A model generated the notes under the pieces. It ran no database searches. It saw only the letters and a list, made by a program, of their open reading frames with translations, and was not told where the DNA came from. A stretch of DNA of 64,000 nt from assembly GCF_044324785.1 (NCBI RefSeq), contig NZ_CP172127.1; one strand, 5' to 3'. Shown one piece after another: positions 1-9,487 of this stretch; positions within the stretch are counted from its first letter, which is position 1; each line of letters starts with the position of its first letter. This stretch comes from Escherichia coli (lineage in GTDB: Bacteria > Pseudomonadota > Gammaproteobacteria > Enterobacterales > Enterobacteriaceae). A program made the position numbers and the translations under genes.

Positions 1-1
1 C

Positions 2-1129
2 ATTCAGACGGAACGTATTACAGCCGGAGCTTATGATTACATACTGAAACGTGGTCAGGGGATTAACAGCACTAACTGGTATCTGATTAGCAGAAAAGAC
101 ATTCCTGTACCACAACCTGAAGCTGTACCGGAAAGCCATGATAATAATTTGCGTCCTGAGGCAGGTAGCTATGTTGCCAGTATTGCTGCTGCAAATAATC
201 TGTTTGTAACGAATCTGTATGAACGACAGGGACAGGAGTTGTATATCAGCCACATGACAGGAGAAGAAAATGAAGCAGGTATCTGGATGTATAATAAAGG
301 AAAACATAATCGCTGGCGTGACAACAGTAGTCAGCTGAGAACCCGGGGGAATAGCTACGTTGTGTTAATAGGGGGAGATATAGCTCAGTGGAGCCTGAAT
401 GGTACCGATCGCTGGCATACAGGTATGATGGCTGGCTATGGTCATAATAATAACAGTACGAATGCCCTGAGCACCGGATACCATTCGGAAGGAAGAATGA
501 ATGGATACACAGCGGGTCTTTATGCAACATGGTATGCCAATGATGAAACACACAATGGTTCTTATCTTGATAGCTGGCTGCAATACAGCTGGTTTGATAA
601 TCATATAAATGGAGAACGGCTGCCTGCTGAGTCATGGAAGTCAAAAGGGTTTACGGTATCTCTGGAAGCAGGATATTCATGGAAGGCTGGAGAGTTTACC
701 GACAATTACAAGGGAAGTCATGAATGGTATGTTCAGCCGCAGCTTCAGGTTGTCCGGATGAATGTAAAATCAGACAAATATCATGAAAGTAACGGAACCA
801 GTATTGAAAATACCGGTAACGGAAATATTCTCACCCGCCTGGGAGCAAGAACATGGCTTACCAGCAAAAACGGTAAAAATACGCGGTATGCGGTTCCGTT
901 CAGACCATTTGTGGAGGCACACTGGTTGCACAATAGTCGTGTTTTCGGCACCAGTATGAATGGTGTAAGTATATACCAGGATGGTGCGCGTGATATCGGA
1001 GAAATAAATGGTGGTGTTGTGGGAATGATAACACCAGAAGTAGCATTCCGGGCTGATGCAGGCATTCAACTTGGAGAACATGGATACCATAATACATCTG
1101 CCATGTTGAGTGTGGAATATCGTTTCTGA
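2..1129 (+). CDS. Autotransporter outer-membrane beta-barrel (translocator) domain protein, C-terminal portion; 5' end outside window
   Basis: Reading frame open from nt 2 to stop at 1129 with no stop codon; Gly/Tyr/Trp/Asn-rich alternating composition and terminal aromatic motif ...SVEYRF typical of autotransporter beta-domains; family by recall. Confidence 0.6.
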   Translation: MQTERITAGAYDYILKRGQGINSTNWYLISRKDIPVPQPEAVPESHDNNLRPEAGSYVASIAAANNLFVTNLYERQGQELYISHMTGEENEAGIWMYNKGKHNRWRDNSSQLRTRGNSYVVLIGGDIAQWSLNGTDRWHTGMMAGYGHNNNSTNALSTGYHSEGRMNGYTAGLYATWYANDETHNGSYLDSWLQYSWFDNHINGERLPAESWKSKGFTVSLEAGYSWKAGEFTDNYKGSHEWYVQPQLQVVRMNVKSDKYHESNGTSIENTGNGNILTRLGARTWLTSKNGKNTRYAVPFRPFVEAHWLHNSRVFGTSMNGVSIYQDGARDIGEINGGVVGMITPEVAFRADAGIQLGEHGYHNTSAMLSVEYRF

Positions 1130-1150
1130 TGTGTCGGTAATGACTCCAAC

Positions 1151-1654
1151 TTATTGATAGTGTTTTATGTTCAGATAATGCCCGATGACTTTGTCATGCA
1201 GCTCCACCGATTTTGAGAACGACAGCGACTTCCGTCCCAGCCGTGCCAGGTGCTGCCTCAGATTCAGGTTATGCCGCTCAATTCGCTGCGTATATCGCTT
1301 GCTGATTACGTGCAGCTTTCCCTTCAGGCGGGATTCATACAGCGGCCAGCCATCCGTCATCCATATCACCACGTCAAAGGGTGACAGCAGGCTCATAAGA
1401 CGCCCCAGCGTCGCCATAGTGCGTTCACCGAATACGTGCGCAACAACCGTCTTCCGGAGCCTGTCATACGCGTAAAACAGCCAGCGCTGGCGCGATTTAG
1501 CCCCGACATAGCCCCACTGTTCGTCCATTTCCGCGCAGACGATGACGTCACTGCCCGGCTGTATGCGCGAGGTTACCGACTGCGGCCTGAGTTTTTTAAG
1601 TGACGTAAAATCGTGTTGAGGCCAACGCCCATAATGCGGGCTGTTGCCCGGCAT
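1151..1654 (-). CDS. insB: IS1 transposase InsB frame
   Basis: ORF-track protein ...[46 protein letters not shown] matches IS1 InsB by recall; normally expressed as InsAB' by frameshift. Confidence 0.85.
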
Positions 1655-1848
1655 CCAACGCCATTCATGGCCATATCAATGATTTTCTGGTGCGTACCGG
1701 GTTGAGAAGCGGTGTAAGTGAACTGCAGTTGCCATGTTTTACGGCAGTGAGAGCAGAGATAGCGCTGATGTCCGGCGGTGCTTTTGCCGTTACGCACCAC
1801 CCCGTCAGTAGCTGAACAGGAGGGACAGCTGATAGAAACAGAAGCCAC
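1573..1848 (-). CDS. insA: IS1 InsA
   Basis: 91-aa protein [43 protein letters not shown]... (zinc-finger, HTH) matches IS1 InsA by recall. Confidence 0.85.
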
Positions 1849-2320
1849 TGGAGCACCTCAAAAACACCATCATACACTAAATCAGTAAGTTGGCAGCATC
1901 ACCCGTTCATTTTCTGAGCCTGTAAAACATGTGGTGATATAGTCTGAGAGCATAAAAGTTGAGATTCTGTGTATCAAGTCCTGTCTTGGCACCGAATGAA
2001 TATTGCTTACGAAGCCCCTTCATGCTTTCCTTGAGAACAATAATTTTATCTTTATGTGAATCTCATTTTTTATAATGATGTCAGATGATTGAAATGCTAA
2101 ATTATATCTGAATCAACTTTTCCTTTGCTAAAGGTATAGAAATAACTGCAAGGCTGTATTTTGTAATTGCCAATTTAAAAATGTCAATTTGTTTTTAATT
2201 ATGTTTTTGTAATAAGTTTGAAGACACAAAAAATAATATAATAACAAAAATCCTCCAGCCTTGTAGGCCAGAGGATAAAATACTTAATTGAGGAAAACAT
2301 CAGGGAAAAGTATTTCTGAC

Positions 2321-3505
2321 TTAACTTTCCCGGCTGGAGAGTGAATCAATGTAATCAGCGTACCATTGCATCATTTCACGGCGGCCATCGAGATACAGGG
2401 CATGATTATAGGTACCCCTGATGGAATTTTTATCCACATGAGCTAACTGCATTTCAATCCAGGCAGAATTAAAGCCCTGTTCGTGCAGAATGGTACTCAT
2501 GGTGTGACGAAAACCATGACCGGTTGCCCTGCCATCGTAACCGATACGTTTGAGCACCATATTGATGCTGGCTTCGCTCATTGGCTTGTTGATATCACAA
2601 CGTCCCGGAAAAACCAGCCGGTATTGCCCGGAGAAAGTTTTGAGCTGCAGCAGAATGTCAGTGGCCTGTCGTGACAGTGGTACGACATGTTTACGTCGCA
2701 TTTTCATGCGGCTTTCAGGGATTGTCCACAGTGCATTATCAAAATCAATTTCTGACCATTCAGCGGACCGTAGCTCAATGGTTCTGAGACCTGTCAGAAG
2801 CAGCAGATTTGTCGCCATGCGGGTAACAGGACTGCCATGATACTCAGCGAGCTTCCGGAGAAAAACAGGGAGCTCATCTGCTCTCAGGTGGGGGAAATGT
2901 GCAGCTTTTGGCGCCGCCAGCGTACTGGTCAGTTCAGATGCCGGATTGACAGTGGCTCGTCCGGTGGCGATGGCATAACGAAAAATCTGATTACAGTATT
3001 GACGCACCTTACGAAGTTTTTCCAGCGAGCCACGTTTTTCTATGCGGCGCAGAATTTCCAGCATTTCCAGCGGGAGGATATCCGTAACGCTTCGTTTGCC
3101 CAGATACGGGAAAATATCTTTATCCAGCGCTTCCAGTACGCTTCTGGCGTAACTTTCAGACCATGACAAAGATTTATGCTGGTGCCATTCCGTAGCGAGG
3201 GCATGGAACGTATTGGTGGCAGAGATTTTCTGAGTGAGTTTTTCCTTTCGCTTCTTTTCGCCCGGGTCACCACCTTCGGAGATGATTTTTCGGGCATCGT
3301 CGCGTTTGATTCTGGCCTCAGCAAGGGAGACGTCGGGATAGACGCCGAGGGCCAGTTTTTTCTCTTTTCCTGCTATCCGGTATTTAAGCCGCCAGTAGCG
3401 GGCACCCGTGGTTTTTACCAGCAGATATAAACCACGTTCGTCAGAGAGTTTATAGTCTTTTTCTTTAGGTCTGGCTGTTTCGACCTGTCTGGCTGTAAGT
3501 GCCAT
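2321..3505 (-). CDS. Tyrosine recombinase, P4-type phage/island integrase
   Basis: N-terminus MALTARQVETARPKEKDYKLSDERGLYLLV typical of P4-like integrases; C-terminal catalytic region with HGFRHT...R...Y; start set at ATG 3505 (MALTAR), not the longer track ORF; lies 177 bp from a tRNA-Phe 3' fragment. Confidence 0.85.
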   Translation of the reverse strand: MALTARQVETARPKEKDYKLSDERGLYLLVKTTGARYWRLKYRIAGKEKKLALGVYPDVSLAEARIKRDDARKIISEGGDPGEKKRKEKLTQKISATNTFHALATEWHQHKSLSWSESYARSVLEALDKDIFPYLGKRSVTDILPLEMLEILRRIEKRGSLEKLRKVRQYCNQIFRYAIATGRATVNPASELTSTLAAPKAAHFPHLRADELPVFLRKLAEYHGSPVTRMATNLLLLTGLRTIELRSAEWSEIDFDNALWTIPESRMKMRRKHVVPLSRQATDILLQLKTFSGQYRLVFPGRCDINKPMSEASINMVLKRIGYDGRATGHGFRHTMSTILHEQGFNSAWIEMQLAHVDKNSIRGTYNHALYLDGRREMMQWYADYIDSLSSRES

Positions 3506-3569
3506 ATGGGGGCTCCTGAAACTGACTGAACACAATGAGCCCCCACCGGGGCCCCCAATGAACGCTTGA

Positions 3570-3665
3570 TTGAGAGAGAGTTCAGTAGAGTCTGGTGGAG
3601 TTCAGAATGTTCAGATTGCTTGTAACGATGTGATTATACTTGAGTTTCGTGGAGTTCGGGAGATG
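3570..3665. promoter_or_regulatory. Cluster of short GGAGTTC(A/G)G direct repeats between integrase and tRNA-derived core; candidate arm-type integrase binding sites
   Basis: gagagttcag, tggagttcag, tgttcaga, tggagttcggg within ~100 bp; interpretation is inference. Confidence 0.3.
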
Positions 3666-3681
3666 AATCTGGAAGTGAAAG

Positions 3682-3734
3682 TGGTGCCCGGACTCGGAAT
3701 CGAACCAAGGACACGGGGATTTTCAATCCCCGTG
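3682..3734 (-). repeat. 3' fragment of tRNA-Phe (anticodon stem to CCA) = attachment-site direct repeat / island junction
   Basis: Reverse complement reads GGGGATTGAAAATCCCCGTGTCCTTGGTTCGATTCCGAGTCCGGGCACCA, identical to the 3' ~49 nt of E. coli tRNA-Phe (recall); the 5' half of the tRNA is absent, so not a functional tRNA gene. Confidence 0.75.
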
Positions 3735-3782
3735 CCATAATTGGCTGTGTCAGTTGGTTACACACCATTGAGGTGTGTACTA

Positions 3783-4661
3783 ATGAAAATACTGCCCGTT
3801 GTCTCCACAAAAGGTGGCGAAGGTAAATCAACACAATCCGCAAACCTGGCTGGTTTTCTCGCCGATGCAGGTATCCGTACCCTGCTGATTGACGGAGATC
3901 ATGCTCAGCCCACGGCAAGCAACATCTTTCCGCTGACATATGAAGCGTCAGCCGGTCTTTTTGAGTTGCTGATGCGCACGGCTGACCTCAGTCATCCCGA
4001 TAACATCATTTCCCGCACGGCTATCGACGGACTCGATCTGATAGTCTCCAATGACCCTCATGAGCAGTTAAAAACTGCGATGCTTCACGCCCCGGATGGT
4101 CGTCTGCGCCTCCGGAATGTCCTGCAGCATCCGCTTTTTCTGAACAACTACGATGTCATTGTAGTTGATTCTCAGGGAGCACGTTCTGTCATGCTCGAAA
4201 TGATTATGCTGTCGGCCACTGATTCGGTTGTCGGGATGGTCAATCCGGTACTCCCTGATGTGCGCGAGTTTATTCGGGGCACTGTCAATGTTATGGAGAA
4301 CCTGCTGCCTTACCGGGAGCTGGGGATACCCCTGCCGAAAGTACGCACGCTGGTTAACTGCATGGATTATACGGCACTGGCCAGGAAGACGCTGGATGAG
4401 CTGGCCGGAATTATTCAGACCGGTCGTTACAGCAGACAGTTACCTGAAGGTGCGGTTTCCCTTCTTTCCACACAGATTTACGACCTGAATATTTACAAGC
4501 AGGGGCATGCGGCTGGTCAACCCGTACATCGTCTCGAAAAAGAATCCACACGTCGCAGTGATTCCGCGCTTGTCACGATGCACAGCCTGGCCTGTGAACT
4601 CTTTCCTGAGTGGAAACAGGCGTTTGACGGGCTGCTGGCGAACGGGGGAATACGTCAGTGA
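3783..4661 (+). CDS. ParA/Soj-family partition ATPase
   Basis: MKILPVVSTKGGEGKST deviant Walker A (KGGxGKS/T); first gene inside the ICE next to att repeat as in PAPI-1/SPI-7-type elements (recall); start chosen at ATG 3783. Confidence 0.85.
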   Translation: MKILPVVSTKGGEGKSTQSANLAGFLADAGIRTLLIDGDHAQPTASNIFPLTYEASAGLFELLMRTADLSHPDNIISRTAIDGLDLIVSNDPHEQLKTAMLHAPDGRLRLRNVLQHPLFLNNYDVIVVDSQGARSVMLEMIMLSATDSVVGMVNPVLPDVREFIRGTVNVMENLLPYRELGIPLPKVRTLVNCMDYTALARKTLDELAGIIQTGRYSRQLPEGAVSLLSTQIYDLNIYKQGHAAGQPVHRLEKESTRRSDSALVTMHSLACELFPEWKQAFDGLLANGGIRQ

Positions 4662-4749
4662 TTCAGGTTAAGCGAGAACCATGCAGCTCCGTTACCCTGG
4701 CTTATGGACGTTATCAATACCGGACAATATGACGAGAAGGATTAACCCT

Positions 4750-5244
4750 ATGAATAACAGCAGCAATACCACAACCCGTAATACGCTTTCACCCGTTGAG
4801 TCAGCCTGTCATGCCTTACTGGATTTTATTGCCCGGGAAGTTTTTGAGAATAAAGCACCGGAAGAGGACGTCAGGGAACGTTGCAAAGTATTTACAGCGC
4901 TGCTTAACGAAGGATTTAAAGCCCTGCTTGATGAGGCAGGGCTGAATCTGTCAAACCTTCGTAAACAGTGTGAGGAACTGGAATCTCAGATAACCAGACT
5001 TGATTCTCAGTCCGATGCTATTTGTCGCAGAGGTGCTCAAATTGAACGCTTCATTGGTCACCATTTACCTTTTTTCGATTTGAACAAAGTTTTTGATACT
5101 GCCAGTCAGTCATGTGAACCAGCGCCTTCTCCGGCTCAGTCGGCTGTGTCCAGTAGTCAGCCCAGTAATCTGTCAGAGCAAGGGACATCTCAGCGGGTGT
5201 CATCTGTTCAACCGTTGCAGGGAGCCAGTGATGTTGATGAATAA
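4750..5244 (+). CDS. Hypothetical protein (helical N-terminal part, S/Q/P-rich tail)
   Basis: ATG 4750 preceded by AGAAGGA; tail overlaps a convergent minus-strand ORF, so 3' portion uncertain. Confidence 0.4.
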   Translation: MNNSSNTTTRNTLSPVESACHALLDFIAREVFENKAPEEDVRERCKVFTALLNEGFKALLDEAGLNLSNLRKQCEELESQITRLDSQSDAICRRGAQIERFIGHHLPFFDLNKVFDTASQSCEPAPSPAQSAVSSSQPSNLSEQGTSQRVSSVQPLQGASDVDE

Positions 5245-5527
5245 GAGCAAACTTAACGGCTTGTTGAACGCTGATACTGTTATCGTCCAGAAAAAACCAG
5301 CGGCGGCTGTTAATCAGCCAGTGTCCGAGCCAGCAAAGTCGGTAAGCGAGCTTCCGGTCAGCTCCGGGAAAGATTTCTGTTCCCTGGTCAAAGAAGGTTT
5401 TGCACCGTTCCACATCGTCGGTGCTCATACCTCCGACTTTCCAGTTTTCATAATATTTTGCCATGTTGCCATCCTCATCATGGTTGTTATCAATGCCGGA
5501 CGGCAGTTGCTGATGATTTGTGTTCAT
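5051..5527 (-). CDS. Hypothetical Trp-rich protein, antisense to the parA-dnaB operon direction
   Basis: Protein-like composition (…DYWADYWTQPTEPEKALVHMTDWQYQKL…); start chosen at MNTNHQQ; the same-region plus frame is hydrophobic low-complexity. Confidence 0.45.
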   Translation of the reverse strand: MNTNHQQLPSGIDNNHDEDGNMAKYYENWKVGGMSTDDVERCKTFFDQGTEIFPGADRKLAYRLCWLGHWLINSRRWFFLDDNSISVQQAVKFALIHQHHWLPATVEQMTPAEMSLALTDYWADYWTQPTEPEKALVHMTDWQYQKLCSNRKKVNGDQ

Positions 5528-5735
5528 AAGGTATTTCTCTTCGTAAACATGTTGATTATGAGCGCAAATATGCTGTACGTACCTTCTGACCGGGGTCGGC
5601 AAACTTACCGGTCGGAAAATGTACAGACAGTTATGGGCCTTTTATGCCCTGCAACTGTTCGTCCGGCACCCGTTTTCGTTTTTTTGCATGGTGGGTTTGC
5701 TGTGAAACAGGCTCCGTTTGCCCGGGAGGTGGCGT

Positions 5736-7124
5736 ATGTCTGAACGCTATATTCCACGCTCCGTTGATGCAGAGCAGGCCGTGCTGGGCGGCCTGATGCT
5801 CGATAATGAACGCTGGGATGAGGTGGTACTGATGCTCCGGGGGGAGGATTTTTCTCTGGCCGCACACCGGGTGATATTCCGCACCATGTCAGAGCTGGCA
5901 ACCAGCGGTCAGCCGTTCGACCTCATCACGCTGAGTGAGCATATTGAGAAAACAAACAATATTGAGGCACTGGGTGGTTTCGCTTATCTGGCTGAACTCA
6001 GCAAAAATACGCCTTCTGCAGCCAATATTATCGCTTATGCCCGTATTGTTGCTGAAAAGAGCATGCTGCGTCAGTTGCAGGAGACGGGGAATGCGCTGAT
6101 TACGGATGTGGCCGCACCGGATGCGACACCACGCACTGTTCTTGAATCCGCTGAACGTCGGCTCTTTTCACTTTCACAGACTGGCATGTTGCATGAGCGA
6201 TGTGAAGTCAGTCTCACCTCGGCTATGGAGCTGGCGCTGCGTCAACTGGAAGAGGGACTGAACGCCGGCGGGATGACGGGCACGCCCACGGGATTTGATG
6301 AACTGGATAAGATGACCTGTGGTCTGCAGCCCGGCGACCTCATTCTTCTGGCTGCACGCCCGTCTATGGGGAAAACAGCGCTGGGCCTTACCTTCTGTCT
6401 TAATGCCCTGTGTAACCGGACCGATGAAACGGTATTTCTTTTCAGTATCGAAATGTCCCGGGAGCAGCTGATTCTGCGTGTCCTGTCAATGCTCTCCAGG
6501 GTGGAGCTGACACGTCTTCGCAGCAGCATGATGAATGATGAAGAGTGGGCGAGAGTCACGGCAACCATGGGACGCTTCATGAATGAAGCGTCATTCATCG
6601 GAGATGGAAACCGCCTGATAATTGATGACACCTCCTTCCAGACGCCGTCATCGCTGCGTGCCAGCGCCCGTCGTTATGTCCGTCTGTATGGCAGACCTTC
6701 CCTGATAATGGTTGATTACCTCCAGCTGATTCGTTCTCCGGACCAGGAGAACCGAACGCAGGAAATTGCGGAAATATCCCGCGCCCTTAAGGCGTTAGGT
6801 AAAGAGCTGGGATGCCCGGTACTGGCACTGTCTCAGCTTAACCGTCAGGTGGAGCAGCGGGCGGATAAGCGCCCCAATAACGGTGACCTGCGTGATTCCG
6901 GGGCGCTGGAGCAGGATGCTGACCTCATTATGTTTATTTACCGTGATGAGGTTTATAACTCTGGCACGCTGGATAAGGGCGTTGCTGAAATCATTGTGAG
7001 CAAACAGCGGCAGGGGCCAACCGGAACGATACGGGTGAACTTCGACGGCCGCTACACCCTGTTTTCACCGTTTGAACGTGGATGGAATTTTGACCGTGCC
7101 GGAGGAAATGCGTATGTCAATTAA
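5736..7124 (+). CDS. DnaB-like replicative DNA helicase
   Basis: N-terminal DnaB domain (AEQAVLGGLMLDN), Walker A ARPSMGKTALGLTF, Walker B IMVDYLQL; SD GGGAGGTGG before ATG 5736. Confidence 0.9.
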   Translation: MSERYIPRSVDAEQAVLGGLMLDNERWDEVVLMLRGEDFSLAAHRVIFRTMSELATSGQPFDLITLSEHIEKTNNIEALGGFAYLAELSKNTPSAANIIAYARIVAEKSMLRQLQETGNALITDVAAPDATPRTVLESAERRLFSLSQTGMLHERCEVSLTSAMELALRQLEEGLNAGGMTGTPTGFDELDKMTCGLQPGDLILLAARPSMGKTALGLTFCLNALCNRTDETVFLFSIEMSREQLILRVLSMLSRVELTRLRSSMMNDEEWARVTATMGRFMNEASFIGDGNRLIIDDTSFQTPSSLRASARRYVRLYGRPSLIMVDYLQLIRSPDQENRTQEIAEISRALKALGKELGCPVLALSQLNRQVEQRADKRPNNGDLRDSGALEQDADLIMFIYRDEVYNSGTLDKGVAEIIVSKQRQGPTGTIRVNFDGRYTLFSPFERGWNFDRAGGNAYVN

Positions 7125-8766
7125 ACGAAATCATTCCGTTGATCTGGGAGCTGCCATCATGCAACCGGGCCGTCAGGCCAGCACGACGGGTAACGTGGTG
7201 GCGCTGGGGGAAACACCGATGATTCTGACGCTGGATCAACTGCGCCCCAACCCGGATAACCCGAGGACCACGCGTAATCCCCGGTACGACGATATTAAAA
7301 GTTCAATTTTCTCCCGTGGACTGGATACGGTGCCCAAAGTCACCCGGATACCTGAGAGTGAGCCGGATATCTATATTTTCAGCGATGGTGGTAACACGCG
7401 ATATCAGATCCTGAAAGAGCTGTGGGAGGAGACCGGCGATCAGCGTTTCTATCGTATTCATGTGCTTTTCAAGCCATGGCCGGGACGGCTTCAGTGCGTC
7501 ATTGGTCACCTGGCTGAGAATGAAGTCAGGGGCGAACTGACGTTTATTGAAAAGGCCCGGGGTATCCATAACGCCCGGATGATTTATGAGGAGTCGATGC
7601 AGCGAACCGTGACGATCAGGGAACTGGCGTCACTGCTGACGGATGAAGGACTTCCGGTAAGCCACTCATCTGTCAGCAGGATGGAGCATACTCTGAAATA
7701 TCTGTATCCGTGGATCCCCGATCTTCTGGAATCAGGATTAGGAAGACCGCAGATCAATTCACTGTTGTCTCTCCGGCAGGATGCGGAACGCATCTGGGGA
7801 CAGTTTGCGGTGGCAACAGAGAACGGGGCGGATTTTGACCGCGTGTTTGGTGAATGCTGCAGCAAATTCAATTCACCGGAGCTCTGGTCACTGGAGATGT
7901 TCCGGGATGAGCTGATTGGTGATCTGCTGAAAGCGTTACCACATCCGGTGCTGGATTATGACCGCTGGTTGCTTGAACTGGATCCGCGGGAGCGTAACCG
8001 ACGTCACCATTTTGGCGAACCTGAGCCGGTGCTCATTCCCGCAGACAGTGATGCGATGCCAGAGCCTGCGACTGACGGTGTGTCGGCAGTGACGGCGGAG
8101 AAGAACAGCGGAAGGGAGCAGTCTGTGATTTCCGCACCGGCTGACCATGACACCGTCATGAATACGGAGCAATCCCCGGCTGGAAAGGCGGAGAGTTCAG
8201 TTATCGAACAACGCGAAGAACGCCGTAGAAAGGAAGTCCAGCCGGATATGTATGGTGGTGAAGAAACATACAGCGGCGATTACGAAGAGGATGGCGATAC
8301 CCGTGATGCTGCGGATCTGCCGGTAACGTCACCGGAAGAGGGGGCTCAGCAGAGCAGCGGTGAAATATTCAGTGAGCCGGTATTCAGTGTTGGTGAACTG
8401 GATGATATCGAATATCTGCAGAATGAGGCATTTCACCTGGCATGGGAGCTGGCGTCACACACAGGCTGTGTCGATGAGCTGGCTATGGACAGGGAAAGCG
8501 AACTGTCTGCGGGATTCGGCGCGGCAGAGGCGAATTGTTCTCCGGTCATGGCATTTCTTGTCAGACTGACCGGTGAGGAGGTTCTGCGGGTCAATCCGGT
8601 TTCCCTTGATGCACTGCTGATAGGCGGCAGTACTGAAGAAGACCTGCCGTTGCTTGATGATGAACATGCAGGAAAGTTGCTTCGCCTGCTGGGTGTGTTG
8701 CGTCGTCTGCGGGGGCTGCAGCGTATGGTGGAAGACGAGAGTGAGGAAGGGCGCGATGAATGCTGA
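7114..8766 (+). CDS. ParB-like nuclease-domain protein with acidic C-terminal region
   Basis: N-terminal ParB/Srx-like domain (LTLDQLRPNPDNPR...); SD GGAGGAA before ATG 7114; overlaps dnaB-like stop by 11 nt. Confidence 0.8.
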   Translation: MSIKRNHSVDLGAAIMQPGRQASTTGNVVALGETPMILTLDQLRPNPDNPRTTRNPRYDDIKSSIFSRGLDTVPKVTRIPESEPDIYIFSDGGNTRYQILKELWEETGDQRFYRIHVLFKPWPGRLQCVIGHLAENEVRGELTFIEKARGIHNARMIYEESMQRTVTIRELASLLTDEGLPVSHSSVSRMEHTLKYLYPWIPDLLESGLGRPQINSLLSLRQDAERIWGQFAVATENGADFDRVFGECCSKFNSPELWSLEMFRDELIGDLLKALPHPVLDYDRWLLELDPRERNRRHHFGEPEPVLIPADSDAMPEPATDGVSAVTAEKNSGREQSVISAPADHDTVMNTEQSPAGKAESSVIEQREERRRKEVQPDMYGGEETYSGDYEEDGDTRDAADLPVTSPEEGAQQSSGEIFSEPVFSVGELDDIEYLQNEAFHLAWELASHTGCVDELAMDRESELSAGFGAAEANCSPVMAFLVRLTGEEVLRVNPVSLDALLIGGSTEEDLPLLDDEHAGKLLRLLGVLRRLRGLQRMVEDESEEGRDEC

Positions 8767-9487
8767 TGCCGCACGTCAGGATCAACTGATTAAACGGATA
8801 AGAAAACTGCTGGCGCTGAGCCGGAATAACAGTAACCCCCATGAGGCAGGCCAGGCACTTTCCCGTGCTCAGGCGCTGATGCGCAAGCACGGTATCACTG
8901 AACTGGATACTGATATTTCGGTGATAAAGACCTCGTCATCAAAGGGGGCCCCGTCAGAAGCGGAAAAAGTTCCGGTATGGATGGGGCGCCTTATGCATGT
9001 TGTTGCAGAGGCATTCGGATGCCATACATACCTGGACTGGCGTATCACAACCGGAAGGTACTGGCGGCGGGTTGTCATATTTTATGGCTTTGGGGAGCGC
9101 CCGGTTGTGGCGGCGTATGCCTTTGATGTTCTCTGCCGGCAGATGCAAAAGGCAACAAAGGCGTATCTTTCAACCCAGAGCCGGACATTAAAATTGTCAA
9201 CCCGAAGGGCAAGAGCAGCCATGTTTCGTGACGGCTGGGTTTATGGGGTGCGTGATGTGGTGGATGCATTCCCGCTCACGGAAGATGAGACGCGTGTAAT
9301 GAAGACGTGGCTGAAGAGACAGCAATTTGAGGGAATGGCTGCCTTCCGGAATGTTAAGGACTGTAATGGTGGTGATCGTGCACGCTGGCAGGGATACAAC
9401 GAGGGGAAAAAGGCAACGCTGAATCACGGTGTTGGTTCCCGGGATCTGAGACCGGAAAGCCTGATATCGGGCGGAGGTGAGGTATGA
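8756..9487 (+). CDS. Conserved ICE protein, DUF2786-like N-terminus
   Basis: MNADAARQDQLIKRIRKLLALSRNNSNPHEAGQALSRAQALMRKHGI; SD GAGGAAGG before ATG 8756; family by recall. Confidence 0.65.
   Translation: MNADAARQDQLIKRIRKLLALSRNNSNPHEAGQALSRAQALMRKHGITELDTDISVIKTSSSKGAPSEAEKVPVWMGRLMHVVAEAFGCHTYLDWRITTGRYWRRVVIFYGFGERPVVAAYAFDVLCRQMQKATKAYLSTQSRTLKLSTRRARAAMFRDGWVYGVRDVVDAFPLTEDETRVMKTWLKRQQFEGMAAFRNVKDCNGGDRARWQGYNEGKKATLNHGVGSRDLRPESLISGGGEV

Larger units (their letters stand above)
1136..1902. mobile_element. IS1 insertion sequence, complete
   Basis: Terminal inverted repeats GGTAATGACTCCAACTTATTGAT (from 1136) and ATCAGTAAGTTGGCAGCATCACC (to 1902); ~768 bp; insA and insB ORFs inside on minus strand. 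Confidence 0.9.

Noticed and set aside
2321-3505. Possibility that the P4-type integrase is the ICE's own integrase
   Set aside because: The tRNA-Phe-derived repeat lies between this gene and the ICE backbone, so the integrase is outside the element bounded by that repeat; more consistent with a neighbouring tandem island
3741-3782. Upstream extension of parA (MAVSVGYTPLRCVL...)
   Set aside because: The conserved ParA N-terminus begins at MKILPVVSTKGG; the extension would run into the tRNA-derived attachment repeat
5093-5743. 216-aa plus-strand ORF between the parA-adjacent gene and the DnaB-like gene
   Set aside because: Hydrophobic low-complexity sequence typical of an out-of-frame read opposite the minus-strand ORF 5051-5527; no SD
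8654-8755. N-terminal extension MMMNMQESCFACWV... of the DUF2786-like gene
   Set aside because: Lies entirely within the parB-like coding region; a good SD and conserved N-terminus support the ATG at 8756
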